A DNA stretch of 64,000 nt. Source: Chlamydiota bacterium (GTDB lineage: Bacteria; Chlamydiota; Chlamydiia; Chlamydiales; SM23-39). The stretch covers positions 32,001 to 96,000 of the forward strand of contig JBEHXF010000001.1 of the NCBI GenBank assembly GCA_048498835.1. Reading direction: 5' to 3'. The notes beneath the pieces are model-generated. The model worked only from the letters and a program-made list of their open reading frames with translations, was not told where the DNA came from and did no database searches. Below are positions 42,150 to 52,146 of this stretch, one piece after another. Both the position numbers and the translations under genes were made by a program. Positions within the stretch are counted from its first letter, which is position 1, and each line of letters begins with the position of its first letter.

Positions 42150-42731
42150 ATGGTAAGCAATATCCGCCCTCAGAGTCTCATTTTCCTCGATATTGATAAC
42201 GTATTGTGGGATCCAGAGCAGGCGAATCATAATTGTAGCCTTCGCCAGAAAGCAAATGAATTATTCCACAAATCAAATGAAGGCGTTGTTAGTTATTTAG
42301 AATATGCGATAACTGGCAGTCATTTTTTTGATAAAACGGTTCTTACACATTTAAATACTCTAATCAAAAAAGTGCAAAAAGTAGCCGACGTCCAGATTGT
42401 CATTTGTAGCAAGTGGAGAACATACACCTCTCTTCAACAGCTTAAAGAACGAGTTTTTGATCGAACAGGATTTGCAGACCTCATTGTAGATGTAACACCG
42501 ATCAATAACGAATGCCGCGAAAAACAAATTCAAGAGTGGTTAGAAAACAACCCAAACCCACTTCGCAAAAGCTTTGTCATCTTGGATGATAATGGCTCTG
42601 AATTTCGTCAACTTTTCCAAAACCAACTAGTAGAAATCGCCATGTTTGGATTACTCACTGAAGCCGATGCAAGCAAAGCCGAGAAAATTTTGCTCGATCC
42701 TTTCCAAGTAGACGAAAGTAAAATTCAATGA
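42150..42731 (+). CDS. HAD-superfamily protein (HAD_SAK_2-like)
   Basis: Motif I IFLDIDNVL, IVICSKWR (variant of SSxWR), REKQIQEWL, FVILDD and GLLT. Confidence 0.75.
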   Translation: MVSNIRPQSLIFLDIDNVLWDPEQANHNCSLRQKANELFHKSNEGVVSYLEYAITGSHFFDKTVLTHLNTLIKKVQKVADVQIVICSKWRTYTSLQQLKERVFDRTGFADLIVDVTPINNECREKQIQEWLENNPNPLRKSFVILDDNGSEFRQLFQNQLVEIAMFGLLTEADASKAEKILLDPFQVDESKIQ

Positions 42732-42785
42732 ACTAGCGCTAAAATGCTCCTGGCAGTTATCTTTCTTGGCCATTTAGGAGTATTT

Positions 42786-43442
42786 ATGATCCGTTTAGCT
42801 TTTTTTCTGCTTTCATCCCCCTTCCTCTATGCCATTTCATTAGACCAAGCTGCACAAGAAATCGTCGAAGCTGGCCAATTTCTCAATCAGCAAAAACTCT
42901 GTCCTGCGACATCGGGTAATCTCTCCGTGCGAATCGATCACAATCTCGTGGCCATGACTGTTTCTGGAAAACATAAAGGAGAACTCACTGCTGACGATGT
43001 GATGCGTGTGGATCTCAATGGCAATCCCGTTGGCAGCGCTAAAAAACCGTCCGCAGAAACTCTTCTCCACACGCTTATCTACTCGCTCGACCCACAAGCA
43101 GGCGCAGTTCTCCACACACATACCCTCAGCGGAACGATTCTTTCCCGTCTTGTCGCACCCGAAAAAGCTCTCATCACTCAAGGCTATGAAATACACAAAG
43201 TTTTCCCGGGAATTACAACACATGAAAGCGCTTTAACCATCCCCATTTTCGAAAATAGCCAAGATATGCGCGCCTTAGCAATAGAAGTAGGTGATTACCT
43301 GAAAGCCCATCCTCAAACCTATGGATTCTTAGTTCGTGGTCATGGCCTTTACACTTGGGGACGCGATATGAAAGAGGTAAAAAATCGAGTGGAAGCTTTT
43401 GAATATCTTTTTGATGCAGAACTCTGCCAGAGGAAACCATGA
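42786..43442 (+). CDS. mtnB: Methylthioribulose-1-phosphate dehydratase with a signal-peptide-like N-terminus
   Basis: Motifs PATSGNLS, SGKHKG, KPSAETLLH, AVLHTH and GHGLYTWG. SD sequence AGGAG lies 5 nt before ATG 42786. Confidence 0.95.
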   Translation: MIRLAFFLLSSPFLYAISLDQAAQEIVEAGQFLNQQKLCPATSGNLSVRIDHNLVAMTVSGKHKGELTADDVMRVDLNGNPVGSAKKPSAETLLHTLIYSLDPQAGAVLHTHTLSGTILSRLVAPEKALITQGYEIHKVFPGITTHESALTIPIFENSQDMRALAIEVGDYLKAHPQTYGFLVRGHGLYTWGRDMKEVKNRVEAFEYLFDAELCQRKP

Positions 43443-44176
43443 TCCCATCGATTGAAATCCACCAACCTTATTTTATCTTTGAATCTGTTCAAGCGATTCT
43501 CACCGATATCGAGGGGACTACCACGTCCATTTCTTTCGTACACGACACTCTCTTTCCTTATGCAAAAGCCCATGTCAAAGACTACCTTCTTTTACACGCT
43601 CATAAACCTGAACTTCAAAAAATCATCGAAGAAGTGAAACAATTATCAGGAATGCCTGAAGCGACTCTAGAAGAAGTCGCCGCTATCCTCTACACTTGGA
43701 TGCAACAGGACAAAAAAATCACACCACTAAAAACAATCCAAGGGTGGATGTGGGAAGAAGGGTATAAGCAAGGCGATTTTCAAGGACACGTATACCCAGA
43801 CGCCTATGAAAATCTCATCTCCTGGCATCAGTCATCTATCCCTCTCTACATCTATTCATCTGGATCCATTCATGCGCAAAAGCTCCTCTTTGGCCATTCC
43901 AATTTCGGAGATCTTACCCCACTTTTCTCAGGTCACTTTGACACCACAACTGGTCCTAAAAAAGAGGCCTCTTCCTACCAAATAATCGCCGAAAAGATCC
44001 AGCTGCCACCCTCGGCTATTCTTTTTCTCTCCGATTCCATTGACGAAATCAAGGCTGCTCGCTCGATTGGAATGCAGACAGCGCTCATCACTCGAGAAGC
44101 TCCCACAGCCTCAAGTTTCGATCAAATTATCATCAGGTCTGCAACAGAAGCTCAAAACCGCGTCGCGCTTGATTGA
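43439..44176 (+). CDS. mtnC: Enolase-phosphatase E1 (acireductone synthase)
   Basis: Motifs LTDIEGTT, FVHDTLFPYA, DKKITPLKTIQG, YSSGS..AQKLLF and LFLSD. Confidence 0.95.
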   Translation: MIPSIEIHQPYFIFESVQAILTDIEGTTTSISFVHDTLFPYAKAHVKDYLLLHAHKPELQKIIEEVKQLSGMPEATLEEVAAILYTWMQQDKKITPLKTIQGWMWEEGYKQGDFQGHVYPDAYENLISWHQSSIPLYIYSSGSIHAQKLLFGHSNFGDLTPLFSGHFDTTTGPKKEASSYQIIAEKIQLPPSAILFLSDSIDEIKAARSIGMQTALITREAPTASSFDQIIIRSATEAQNRVALD

Positions 44177-45080
44177 CGGAAATGAACTTTTGCCAATATT
44201 TATCGCGTAATCGAAAGCCACGGATATTGGGAATAAGAGAACTTGGAGTCAACACGATCCCTTTTGTAAAGCTTGGCGCCCACATCTTAGCCCAAGCTTT
44301 CCGGCGACAGAAAGTGAGCGTTTGAATCCCCAAAGCAGATGCCAAATGGCCCAATCCAGAATCATTGCCTATCAAATAGCCAGACTCATAAATAAATCGA
44401 GCCAAAGCATCTAAATTTGAGAAATCCGCAAGCTCTAATCCCAACGGAAGTACATCTTGCCAGTTCTCCCAGTCTTTAGCCCCAGGAATAAATACCGGCT
44501 GCAAACCCTCTTCCTTTAAATGTAAAGCTAGCTTTACAAATTTATCTTTCGGCCAATTTCTCGTAACCCGCGCGCTAGTCGGGTGAATGGCAATTCTTTT
44601 GGGATATTTACGAAACTGAACCCCTTCCGGAGCAATAAAGCCATTGCTTTTTGTCGATTTTGGCAAGTGCATGACCTGTTCACAAACAATCCGCATATTC
44701 GCTGCAATGGAAACAGTGGGATCGGTCAAGCAATCGGCATAATAGGGTTCATTGACGATATTGGGCGAGGGGTAGAGATAGAGAACTTTGATTCGGTCGG
44801 GAAATCGTCGCTTTCCTTCCTCAATCAACTTTTTCACAAATTCACTCGCATCGTTCCAAACCACAAAATAGTAATCGTAGGCATGCAAGATTCTGGGAAG
44901 CTCTTCAACTCCTGGGTAGGGCTGAACAGGAAGGTGAGGGAACCAGTTTTGCATGGAACCAATGGCATTTTGATAAGTATCGACTTGATAGCCATTGAGA
45001 TGAAGATTGTTAGACAGGACTAAACAATTGATCCCATCTCCTAAACCATTGTGGCAAAAAACGCCTGCTTTTGGACCCAT
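44133..45080 (-). CDS. Glycosyltransferase family 9 (heptosyltransferase-like)
   Basis: GT9 motifs GLGD (N-terminal), HP....RNWP and IGNDSGLGHLASALG. Confidence 0.85.
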   Translation of the reverse strand: MGPKAGVFCHNGLGDGINCLVLSNNLHLNGYQVDTYQNAIGSMQNWFPHLPVQPYPGVEELPRILHAYDYYFVVWNDASEFVKKLIEEGKRRFPDRIKVLYLYPSPNIVNEPYYADCLTDPTVSIAANMRIVCEQVMHLPKSTKSNGFIAPEGVQFRKYPKRIAIHPTSARVTRNWPKDKFVKLALHLKEEGLQPVFIPGAKDWENWQDVLPLGLELADFSNLDALARFIYESGYLIGNDSGLGHLASALGIQTLTFCRRKAWAKMWAPSFTKGIVLTPSSLIPNIRGFRLRDKYWQKFISVNQARRGFELLLQT

Positions 45081-45155
45081 AAAACCACCTTTTGCAAAGG
45101 ATCTTACATCGGAGGCTTCTTTGATTCAATATGCCACTGTGTTATGGCCCAAAGT

Positions 45156-46355
45156 ATGGAGAACAAACCACAATTTAGACAAATCCCGCAGGCGCGACTC
45201 ATCCTTACACAGGCTTTGCGCCGCTCATTGGAAATTCTCCAAATGCCACAAATTGAACTCGCTTCCTTAATCGAAGAGGAAATAGAAAAAAACCCCCTTC
45301 TGGAATTGCAATCAGATCGTCATACCGCCACTCGATCGCCCTCCCCCTTACCCGAACCACCCTCCAAACCCTCTCTTTATGACCATCTTGAAAACCAAAT
45401 TCGCGAAAACATCCCTGACTCCTCTGAACAGCAGATGGCTAGAGAAGCGCTCACCCATCTCGATGAACGAGGCTTTTTTACCGGTTCAGATCATCCGCTC
45501 TTACACCTTCTACAGACGTTCGACCCCCCAGGAATTTTTGCCCGAAATTTACAAGAGTCCTATCTCCTTCAACTAGCTCGATTAGGTCTTTCTGATTCCT
45601 CCACCTTTCGAATTGTAGCCGACTCATTTGATGATCTTTTACAAGCTCGTTATAGCCAAATCAAAAAACGGCATAAACTCAATGGAGAAGAGTTTGCAAA
45701 TGCCATCCACAAACTATCGCGCCTTTCTAGAAGACCCATCTCCGATTTTTCATCTGCCAATCCCGCTCCTATCCACGCTGATTTGCGCCTCATAAAAGTT
45801 GGACATCAATGGATCGTCGAATCGATTGAAGATGCCCTGCCTCAATTTCGGCTTCGAACCGAATATTTATCTCTACCCAATCTTGCAACGGCCGAAAAAG
45901 AAACCATGCGCCACTTTTCCATCTCTGCAAAATGGCTCATCCGCTCCATTCAAAAAAGGCGGAAATTCCTCCTTTCCCTCGCCTCTTATCTAGTTCGAAA
46001 ACAAGTTCATTTTCTCAATCAAAAAGGGCCTCTCATACCCATTTCTGCAGTCGAACTGGCCGCTGAACTCAATGTCCATGAATCAACCATTTCTCGAGCC
46101 CTCTCTGAAAAATACCTAGCAAGTCCGAATGGACTAATGCCCTTCCATGCACTTGTCCCATCCACCTCGAATGAATCTGGCAAAGAACTGCTCCAAAAGC
46201 TCATCGCACAAGAAGATAAAACCAAACCATTTACAGACGATCAATTGGCTTTAGAAATGAAAAAGGCGGGCTGTGAAATGGCCCGCCGCACGATTACAAA
46301 ATACCGTAAGCTTTTGAAAATTGGCTCAGCTTCGGCTCGAAAACATCTGCGCTGA
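45156..46355 (+). CDS. rpoN: RNA polymerase sigma-54 factor
   Basis: LEILQMP..EL..NPLLE, LDERGF, DPPGIFARNLQE, HESTISRA HTH and the RpoN box ARRTITKYR. Start is 45156 or 45144. Confidence 0.93.
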   Translation: MENKPQFRQIPQARLILTQALRRSLEILQMPQIELASLIEEEIEKNPLLELQSDRHTATRSPSPLPEPPSKPSLYDHLENQIRENIPDSSEQQMAREALTHLDERGFFTGSDHPLLHLLQTFDPPGIFARNLQESYLLQLARLGLSDSSTFRIVADSFDDLLQARYSQIKKRHKLNGEEFANAIHKLSRLSRRPISDFSSANPAPIHADLRLIKVGHQWIVESIEDALPQFRLRTEYLSLPNLATAEKETMRHFSISAKWLIRSIQKRRKFLLSLASYLVRKQVHFLNQKGPLIPISAVELAAELNVHESTISRALSEKYLASPNGLMPFHALVPSTSNESGKELLQKLIAQEDKTKPFTDDQLALEMKKAGCEMARRTITKYRKLLKIGSASARKHLR

Positions 46356-47276
46356 GTAAACGGGATTAACCATATTCCGCTTCGAAAGTCTTTCTAAGAT
46401 GCTCACGGGGGATCGATCAGGAAATAAAAGCGCCTTATGAGGAATTAAGAACGTCTGTTCTAAAGCATACTGACCGGATAAAGCCGCATGCGAAACTAAA
46501 TCTGTGTAAACAGCCCAGCAAGAATTCGGTGGGAATTCCCACGCATCTTTCGGACAATTTTTCTGAAATTCTTCATTCTCTTTTAAAAAGTTGTGCATAT
46601 TCAGCATAAAAACATCGTAGGGAGAACGGAGCGGCATTTTTACCCCTGCTTTACGGATCCACTCTAACATCTTTCTCTCTAATCGTTCTTTTAAGCTATA
46701 ACCAACCGATTTGGGATATTGCACTCCAGCTCCACCAAATTCTTGCATCAAATCGCCACAAGGCTTGGACGTGATCCAACGACGTCCTTCGACTGGATTG
46801 ATGTTCGTAAAAAAGCGCAAAATACGTGCGCCATGAAGAGGTCGAGTTGGAAATGCATCGACATGGAGCAAATCATTGCGCGCGCGAAGTCTCAACTTCC
46901 TCCCTTTCTCTTGAAACGGGCGAAAGCTTGCATAATCATGTTTCCAATCTTTTGCATACGGCGCCAAAACAACAGAGAGAAAATCGGTCACTCTGGAAGA
47001 ATAATTGCGCAACACTTCCAGCATCTTTGCTGCCGCAGCAGGATCTTGTGTATCGTGGTTGGTAATTTTATCTTGTTGTGGCTTGTAGGCGATATTTTTA
47101 CGACTGCTAGAACCGCCTTGTCGCTGAGCTAAGAGAAAGTCGATTTCATCTTGTGGAAATGCGAAAGGCGTCTTTGGGAAAAAGAGAATATTGCCGCTTT
47201 CAAGCTCTGCCGCATACTTGAAACGATTTCGATCATCCTTCCATTCACCATCTTGTACGACTATCTTTTGGGCCAT
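46326..47276 (-). CDS. kdoO: Kdo 3-hydroxylase (KdoO-like Fe(II)/2-oxoglutarate dioxygenase)
   Basis: KNIAY, SFRP, LLHVDAFPTRP, RILRFFTNINP, RSPYD.FML.MH..LK and YTD.VSHAALSGQYALEQT match the Kdo hydroxylase family. Confidence 0.85.
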   Translation of the reverse strand: MAQKIVVQDGEWKDDRNRFKYAAELESGNILFFPKTPFAFPQDEIDFLLAQRQGGSSSRKNIAYKPQQDKITNHDTQDPAAAAKMLEVLRNYSSRVTDFLSVVLAPYAKDWKHDYASFRPFQEKGRKLRLRARNDLLHVDAFPTRPLHGARILRFFTNINPVEGRRWITSKPCGDLMQEFGGAGVQYPKSVGYSLKERLERKMLEWIRKAGVKMPLRSPYDVFMLNMHNFLKENEEFQKNCPKDAWEFPPNSCWAVYTDLVSHAALSGQYALEQTFLIPHKALLFPDRSPVSILERLSKRNMVNPVYSAQMFSSRS

Positions 47277-47279
47277 TGC

Positions 47280-48041
47280 CTACACTCCTGTTTCCCCATC
47301 TCTTATATACGCTAACCGAATCAAACGCCAGCGCAGCGTTGTGTCACCCTCAATCCATTCACCGCGACTCAAACTCCGAATTTCAGCATCGGTTAACCGA
47401 AATAAGACAGCCCGAACCTTTCTTTCATCCTTTAATCGGACCATCAATGTATCGGATGCTTTGCGCAATCTTCTATGTTGCCGAATCAATCTCCAAAAAC
47501 CAGTTCCAATCAAGCATGTGACGAATAGAGTCGCCAACTCGGACCATAATGAACCCGCGAGCCCACCCATTAATAACCAAGCCTCCCAAGGTCTTTTGAA
47601 TAAAGGTCCCAACACCCTTCGCCATCTTTTTGAAGAAGAGGCATAAGCAAAAAATTCTTCATTTTCTTCCTCAGCAAAGGCAACACGCGCCGCATGGATC
47701 GCTTCATGAGCCAACACCTCTTCGCGACTGTAGCCGAGATAAGAGCCCTTTCTAAACCCTTCTCGGAGTTGCAACCTGGGAACGCCATCTTCTCCAATCC
47801 AACATGCAGCTCCCTGCCACCAGGTTAAATTTTTATTCGAATAAACAGCCACAAGAGACTCAGGTTCAATATCATATAAATCACTCAATTGCTCCATTAC
47901 CCAGTTCCAATGAGCTTGAGGCAAAGCATCTTTACAACCCACCCGTATCCGGTCGATTCGCTCGAAAAAAGCCTCTTCCGACTCATTCGGCCCGGGAATA
48001 AATCCTCGTTGATTCAAGGCAAGAAATTCATGATCTGTCAT
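47280..48041 (-). CDS. Hypothetical protein with HExxH motif
   Basis: LAHEAIHAAR and EEFFAY; C-terminal TM segments; divergent from topA. Start set at ATG 48041. Confidence 0.7.
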   Translation of the reverse strand: MTDHEFLALNQRGFIPGPNESEEAFFERIDRIRVGCKDALPQAHWNWVMEQLSDLYDIEPESLVAVYSNKNLTWWQGAACWIGEDGVPRLQLREGFRKGSYLGYSREEVLAHEAIHAARVAFAEEENEEFFAYASSSKRWRRVLGPLFKRPWEAWLLMGGLAGSLWSELATLFVTCLIGTGFWRLIRQHRRLRKASDTLMVRLKDERKVRAVLFRLTDAEIRSLSRGEWIEGDTTLRWRLIRLAYIRDGETGV

Positions 48042-48170
48042 GCCTTCTATCTTACCAAATCTACACTCAAATCGAAGAGACGAAAAAAATATTTCGATAG
48101 ATAAATATTGTTCGGAGTCTTGCTTTTCGGCCAACGATCGGCTACCATCTCGACGATTTAGAGGAATCCC

Positions 48171-50744
48171 GTGCCCAAAGCCCTTGTCATTGTTGAGTCG
48201 CCGACGAAAATTAAAACCCTTAAAAAATTCTTAGGATCAAATTATACCTTTGAGTCCTCCCTCGGCCATATTCGAGATCTTCCACAAAAGGAATTCGGCA
48301 TTGATCTCGAACACAACTTTGAACCTACCTACGTCACCTTACCCGACAAAAAAGACGTAATCAAAAAGCTGCAGGACGCAGCAAAAAAAGCCGACATTGT
48401 CTACCTCTCACCCGATCCGGACCGAGAAGGGGAAGCCATCGCTTGGCACATCGCTTCTATTCTTCCTAAAAATACCAAATTCAAACGAGTCGCCTTTCAA
48501 TCAATCACAAAAGCCGCTGTTCAAAATGCGCTGGAAAATCCACGCGATATTGATATGGACTTGGTCGATGCGCAACAGACTCGCCGACTCCTCGACCGAA
48601 TTGTAGGATATAAAATTTCCCCGATCCTCACTCGTCGCGTTAAACGAGGCAATCAAGGATCTTCCGCAGGACGCGTTCAATCGGTCGCTCTGAAGCTTGT
48701 CGTCGATCGAGAAAAAGAGATCGACGCCTTTATTCCAGTCGAATACTGGACGCTCGACGCCCTTCTCGAAACGCCGAAGAAAGAGCGTCCCTTTGCTGCT
48801 CATCTCCATTCTGTCGATGGTCTCCGAGTCGAAAAAGAAAAAATCAACGACAAAGCTTGCTACCTCATTCCAAATCAAGTCACCGCAGATGAAGTTCGGA
48901 GGCGCCTCGAAAAAGCAAAATACCGAGTAGAATCGGTTGAGCGAAAAGAAAAGAAACGAAACCCCGTTCCACCTTTTATCACCTCGACTCTACAACAAGA
49001 AGCCAGCCGTCACTACGGTTTCTCTGTCTCCCGCACAATGAGCATCGCGCAAGATCTCTACGAAGGGATCGACACAGGCGAGCATGGAGCGGAAGGTCTC
49101 ATCACCTATATGCGAACCGATTCGGTCAATATCGCTCCAGAAGCAATCGCTGCCGCGCGCGACTATATCCACTCCCATTTTGGTCCTGAATACCTCCCCG
49201 AATCACCCCGGATCTACGCATCCAAAAAAACAGCTCAAGAAGCTCACGAAGGGATTCGACCAACACATCTTTCACGCGATCCTGAGCGCATCAAAAATTA
49301 CCTCACAGCAGATCAATACAAACTCTATCTCCTGATCTGGCGTCGCTTTGTTGCTTCCCAGATGAATCCTGCGATCTACGATACGGTCTCAGCAGATATT
49401 CACACCGATCAAAACGTCGCCCTTCGAGCAACCGGCTCCGTCCTTAAATTCAACGGCTACCTCGCCGCTTATGAAGAGAAAAAAGACACCTCCCATAAAG
49501 AGGAGGAAGAAGACGAAAATGCAAAGCTTCTACCACCTTTAGAAGCGAATATGCCCCTTCATCTTCTCAACGTAAACTCTACACAATCATTTACCAAAGC
49601 GCCCCCGCGCTTTACAGAAGCTTCTCTCGTCAAAGAACTCGAACGGCTCGGCATCGGTCGCCCCTCTACCTACGCTGCGATCATGAACAAAATTCAATCG
49701 CGCGACTATACCGAGAAAGAACACCAAGCTCTGAAACCAACCGATCTGGGCAAAGTAATTTGCCAAATGTTGGAAGAAAACTTCGCTCCCATTATGGACG
49801 TCACCTTTACAGCCCAGATGGAAGATCAGCTCGAACAAGTCGCTGAGCACAACAAAAATTGGAAAGATATCATCAAGAGCTTCTGGCATGATTTCGTTCC
49901 TCTGATCGAAAAAGCGGAAAAAGAAGCAACTGTTCCTAAAATTCTCACCGAACGAGACTGTCCAAAATGCGGCAATAAGCTCCAAAAAATCTGGGCTCGC
50001 AACAAATATTTTTACGGCTGCTCTGACTATCCTGACTGCGATTATACCGCCCCGATTGAAGCGCTCGATTTTAACAAAGAAGACTACGATCCTAACTTTA
50101 ATTACGAACAACCCTGCCCAACTTGCGACTCTCCCATGGCCCTGCGCTTTGGACGTTTCGGACCCTTCCTTGGCTGCTCTAAGTACCCAGAGTGCAAAGG
50201 AATCGTCAATATCCCCAAAAAGGGAGAAATTGTTTACAAAGAATCCGACATGCCGCCTTGCCCTGCAATTGGCTGCGACGGCCACCTAAAAGCCCGCCGC
50301 TCTCGCTTTGGCAAAACGTTTTTCTCATGCTCAGCCTATCCTGATTGCGACGTCATCGTAAACGAACTCGATCAGCTCTCTGAGAAGTATCAAAATCACC
50401 CCAAAACAGCTTACGTCAAAAAAACAAAAGGCCGCTTTGGGAAAAAAGGGGCCGAAAAAGCCACCCCCGAAAAATCGACCGCCAAGAAAAAGGCAAAAAA
50501 AGCCTCGAATCAACCCGCTCAAAAGCTCTCCCAAGAACTAGCCGATGTTGTTGGCACCGACGAACTTTCCCGTACCGAAGTGACCAAACGTCTGTGGGTT
50601 TACATCAAAGAAAATAAGCTGCAAGACTCCAAAAACAAGCGACTCATCAAGCCCGACGCTAAACTAGCCAAAGTGATCGGCTCTAAGCCCGTAGATATGA
50701 TGAAATTAGCTTCGCTCTTGAGCAAACATTTTAAGAAAAAGTAG
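48171..50744 (+). CDS. topA: DNA topoisomerase I with zinc ribbons and a C-terminal SWIB domain
   Basis: Motifs IVESP, DPDREGE, SAGRVQS, ITYMRTD and GIGRPSTY; three C4 zinc ribbons; SWIB motif RTEVTKRLWVYIKENKLQD. Confidence 0.97.
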   Translation: MPKALVIVESPTKIKTLKKFLGSNYTFESSLGHIRDLPQKEFGIDLEHNFEPTYVTLPDKKDVIKKLQDAAKKADIVYLSPDPDREGEAIAWHIASILPKNTKFKRVAFQSITKAAVQNALENPRDIDMDLVDAQQTRRLLDRIVGYKISPILTRRVKRGNQGSSAGRVQSVALKLVVDREKEIDAFIPVEYWTLDALLETPKKERPFAAHLHSVDGLRVEKEKINDKACYLIPNQVTADEVRRRLEKAKYRVESVERKEKKRNPVPPFITSTLQQEASRHYGFSVSRTMSIAQDLYEGIDTGEHGAEGLITYMRTDSVNIAPEAIAAARDYIHSHFGPEYLPESPRIYASKKTAQEAHEGIRPTHLSRDPERIKNYLTADQYKLYLLIWRRFVASQMNPAIYDTVSADIHTDQNVALRATGSVLKFNGYLAAYEEKKDTSHKEEEEDENAKLLPPLEANMPLHLLNVNSTQSFTKAPPRFTEASLVKELERLGIGRPSTYAAIMNKIQSRDYTEKEHQALKPTDLGKVICQMLEENFAPIMDVTFTAQMEDQLEQVAEHNKNWKDIIKSFWHDFVPLIEKAEKEATVPKILTERDCPKCGNKLQKIWARNKYFYGCSDYPDCDYTAPIEALDFNKEDYDPNFNYEQPCPTCDSPMALRFGRFGPFLGCSKYPECKGIVNIPKKGEIVYKESDMPPCPAIGCDGHLKARRSRFGKTFFSCSAYPDCDVIVNELDQLSEKYQNHPKTAYVKKTKGRFGKKGAEKATPEKSTAKKKAKKASNQPAQKLSQELADVVGTDELSRTEVTKRLWVYIKENKLQDSKNKRLIKPDAKLAKVIGSKPVDMMKLASLLSKHFKKK

Positions 50745-52019
50745 CTGCTCCTTTTTCTTTAAGCATAGAGAAAAGTAGGTGAACATACTCACGATTGGCA
50801 TGAGCCAAAACGGATAGAGTAAGATGTTATTAAAGTGTGACGAAAAGAAAATAACCACTAGTAGATAAATATAATAACTTCGAAAACAATTGTATAATTC
50901 ATCAGACCCTTGAGAAACAGATCTAAATCTTACAAAAGAAAACCAAGACCAAACAACAAATAATAAGAAGAAAAGAAAACTAATTACCAAACCAAACGTT
51001 GCTAGAATAGTCAACATCGATGAGTCCAGAGATCCCCATCCTACAACGCCCTCATTCAATCCTTCATTAATTTTATCGGATAAATAATTGTATCCGACTC
51101 CCAAAAGAGGGAATTCTTCTACCAATTCCACCCCAAATTTAAAAGAGTTGAGACGACTGAGTGCAGAATGCTCTTGTTTGATATTGATGCTGCGATGGAG
51201 AAAGAAACTCAACTCATCATATCTAAGGACACCTAATAAGAGTATCGCGCTTGCAAATATCCCCAAGATAAGAAATGAATATTTTCTCAACGAGTAAAAT
51301 TTAACATTAAGACGATCGATAAATGTTAAAATCGCAAACAAAAAGATATAAGTTCCTATTCCGCTTCTCGAAAATGAACAAAAAATAGACAAAGAAATTA
51401 AACAAAAAATAATCTTATCCCTCCATGACCACTGATCTAAATTGTAGAGAGCAAGACATGGAATGCAACCGATCGCAGCCCAAAAATTCGGATCGAAATA
51501 AGGCGAAACAAAGCGACCTGTATGTGGATCGCCCTGAAATAAAATCCCTATAGAAGCCAATGCATACCATAAAAAACGAGCATCGGGAAATAATACATAA
51601 AGAACAAAACCAAGTCCTAGATTCCAGCAATAAACCTTGATTAAAACATGGAAAAACCGTAAAAAGTCATCATTATATTTTTTGTAAAACATTTTACCGA
51701 TAATAAAGCTACTCAGACTTAATAAGATCAATCGAATGGCATGAAAAAAACAAGACGTGCTGTACCCATGTAAACACAGCCCATAAAAAGAGCTCGCCAA
51801 AACAATGAGTGCGAAGAAAGAAAGCCAAAGATAGGCTCTCGATATCGAATCAAAAAAGATGAGGTAGAAAAGGCATAAACTATAAATTAAAAACTCAAAA
51901 ATATTCAAGTTGTCGCCACGAAATCCAATTGGCAAAATTCGGGCGAGATTCCCCAATACTAAAAAAATATAAAATAGCCTGAGAATCGCATTCATCAGAA
52001 ATTTGTCTAAGTTGAACAC
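50706..52019 (-). CDS. O-antigen ligase/polymerase-like membrane protein (Wzy_C family)
   Basis: About 10-12 TM segments; DPNF, SFSRSG, S...R and PLLGVGY motifs; AT-rich codon usage. Confidence 0.75.
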   Translation of the reverse strand: MFNLDKFLMNAILRLFYIFLVLGNLARILPIGFRGDNLNIFEFLIYSLCLFYLIFFDSISRAYLWLSFFALIVLASSFYGLCLHGYSTSCFFHAIRLILLSLSSFIIGKMFYKKYNDDFLRFFHVLIKVYCWNLGLGFVLYVLFPDARFLWYALASIGILFQGDPHTGRFVSPYFDPNFWAAIGCIPCLALYNLDQWSWRDKIIFCLISLSIFCSFSRSGIGTYIFLFAILTFIDRLNVKFYSLRKYSFLILGIFASAILLLGVLRYDELSFFLHRSINIKQEHSALSRLNSFKFGVELVEEFPLLGVGYNYLSDKINEGLNEGVVGWGSLDSSMLTILATFGLVISFLFFLLFVVWSWFSFVRFRSVSQGSDELYNCFRSYYIYLLVVIFFSSHFNNILLYPFWLMPIVSMFTYFSLCLKKKEQLLFLKMFAQERS

Positions 52020-52146
52020 GTAGCGTCCTCAAAAAAAACAGAGAGAGATTCACTTTATCCGATCAAATTTTTAAGTCGCTACTGGATTATTTGTTTATTT
52101 CTATGTCCACTCAAGCGAAACTACCAGATTGGACTCCAAGTGATCT

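Noticed and set aside
50500..50744. Eukaryote-like SWIB domain fused to TopA
   Set aside because: A known chlamydial feature, used here only as taxonomic evidence.
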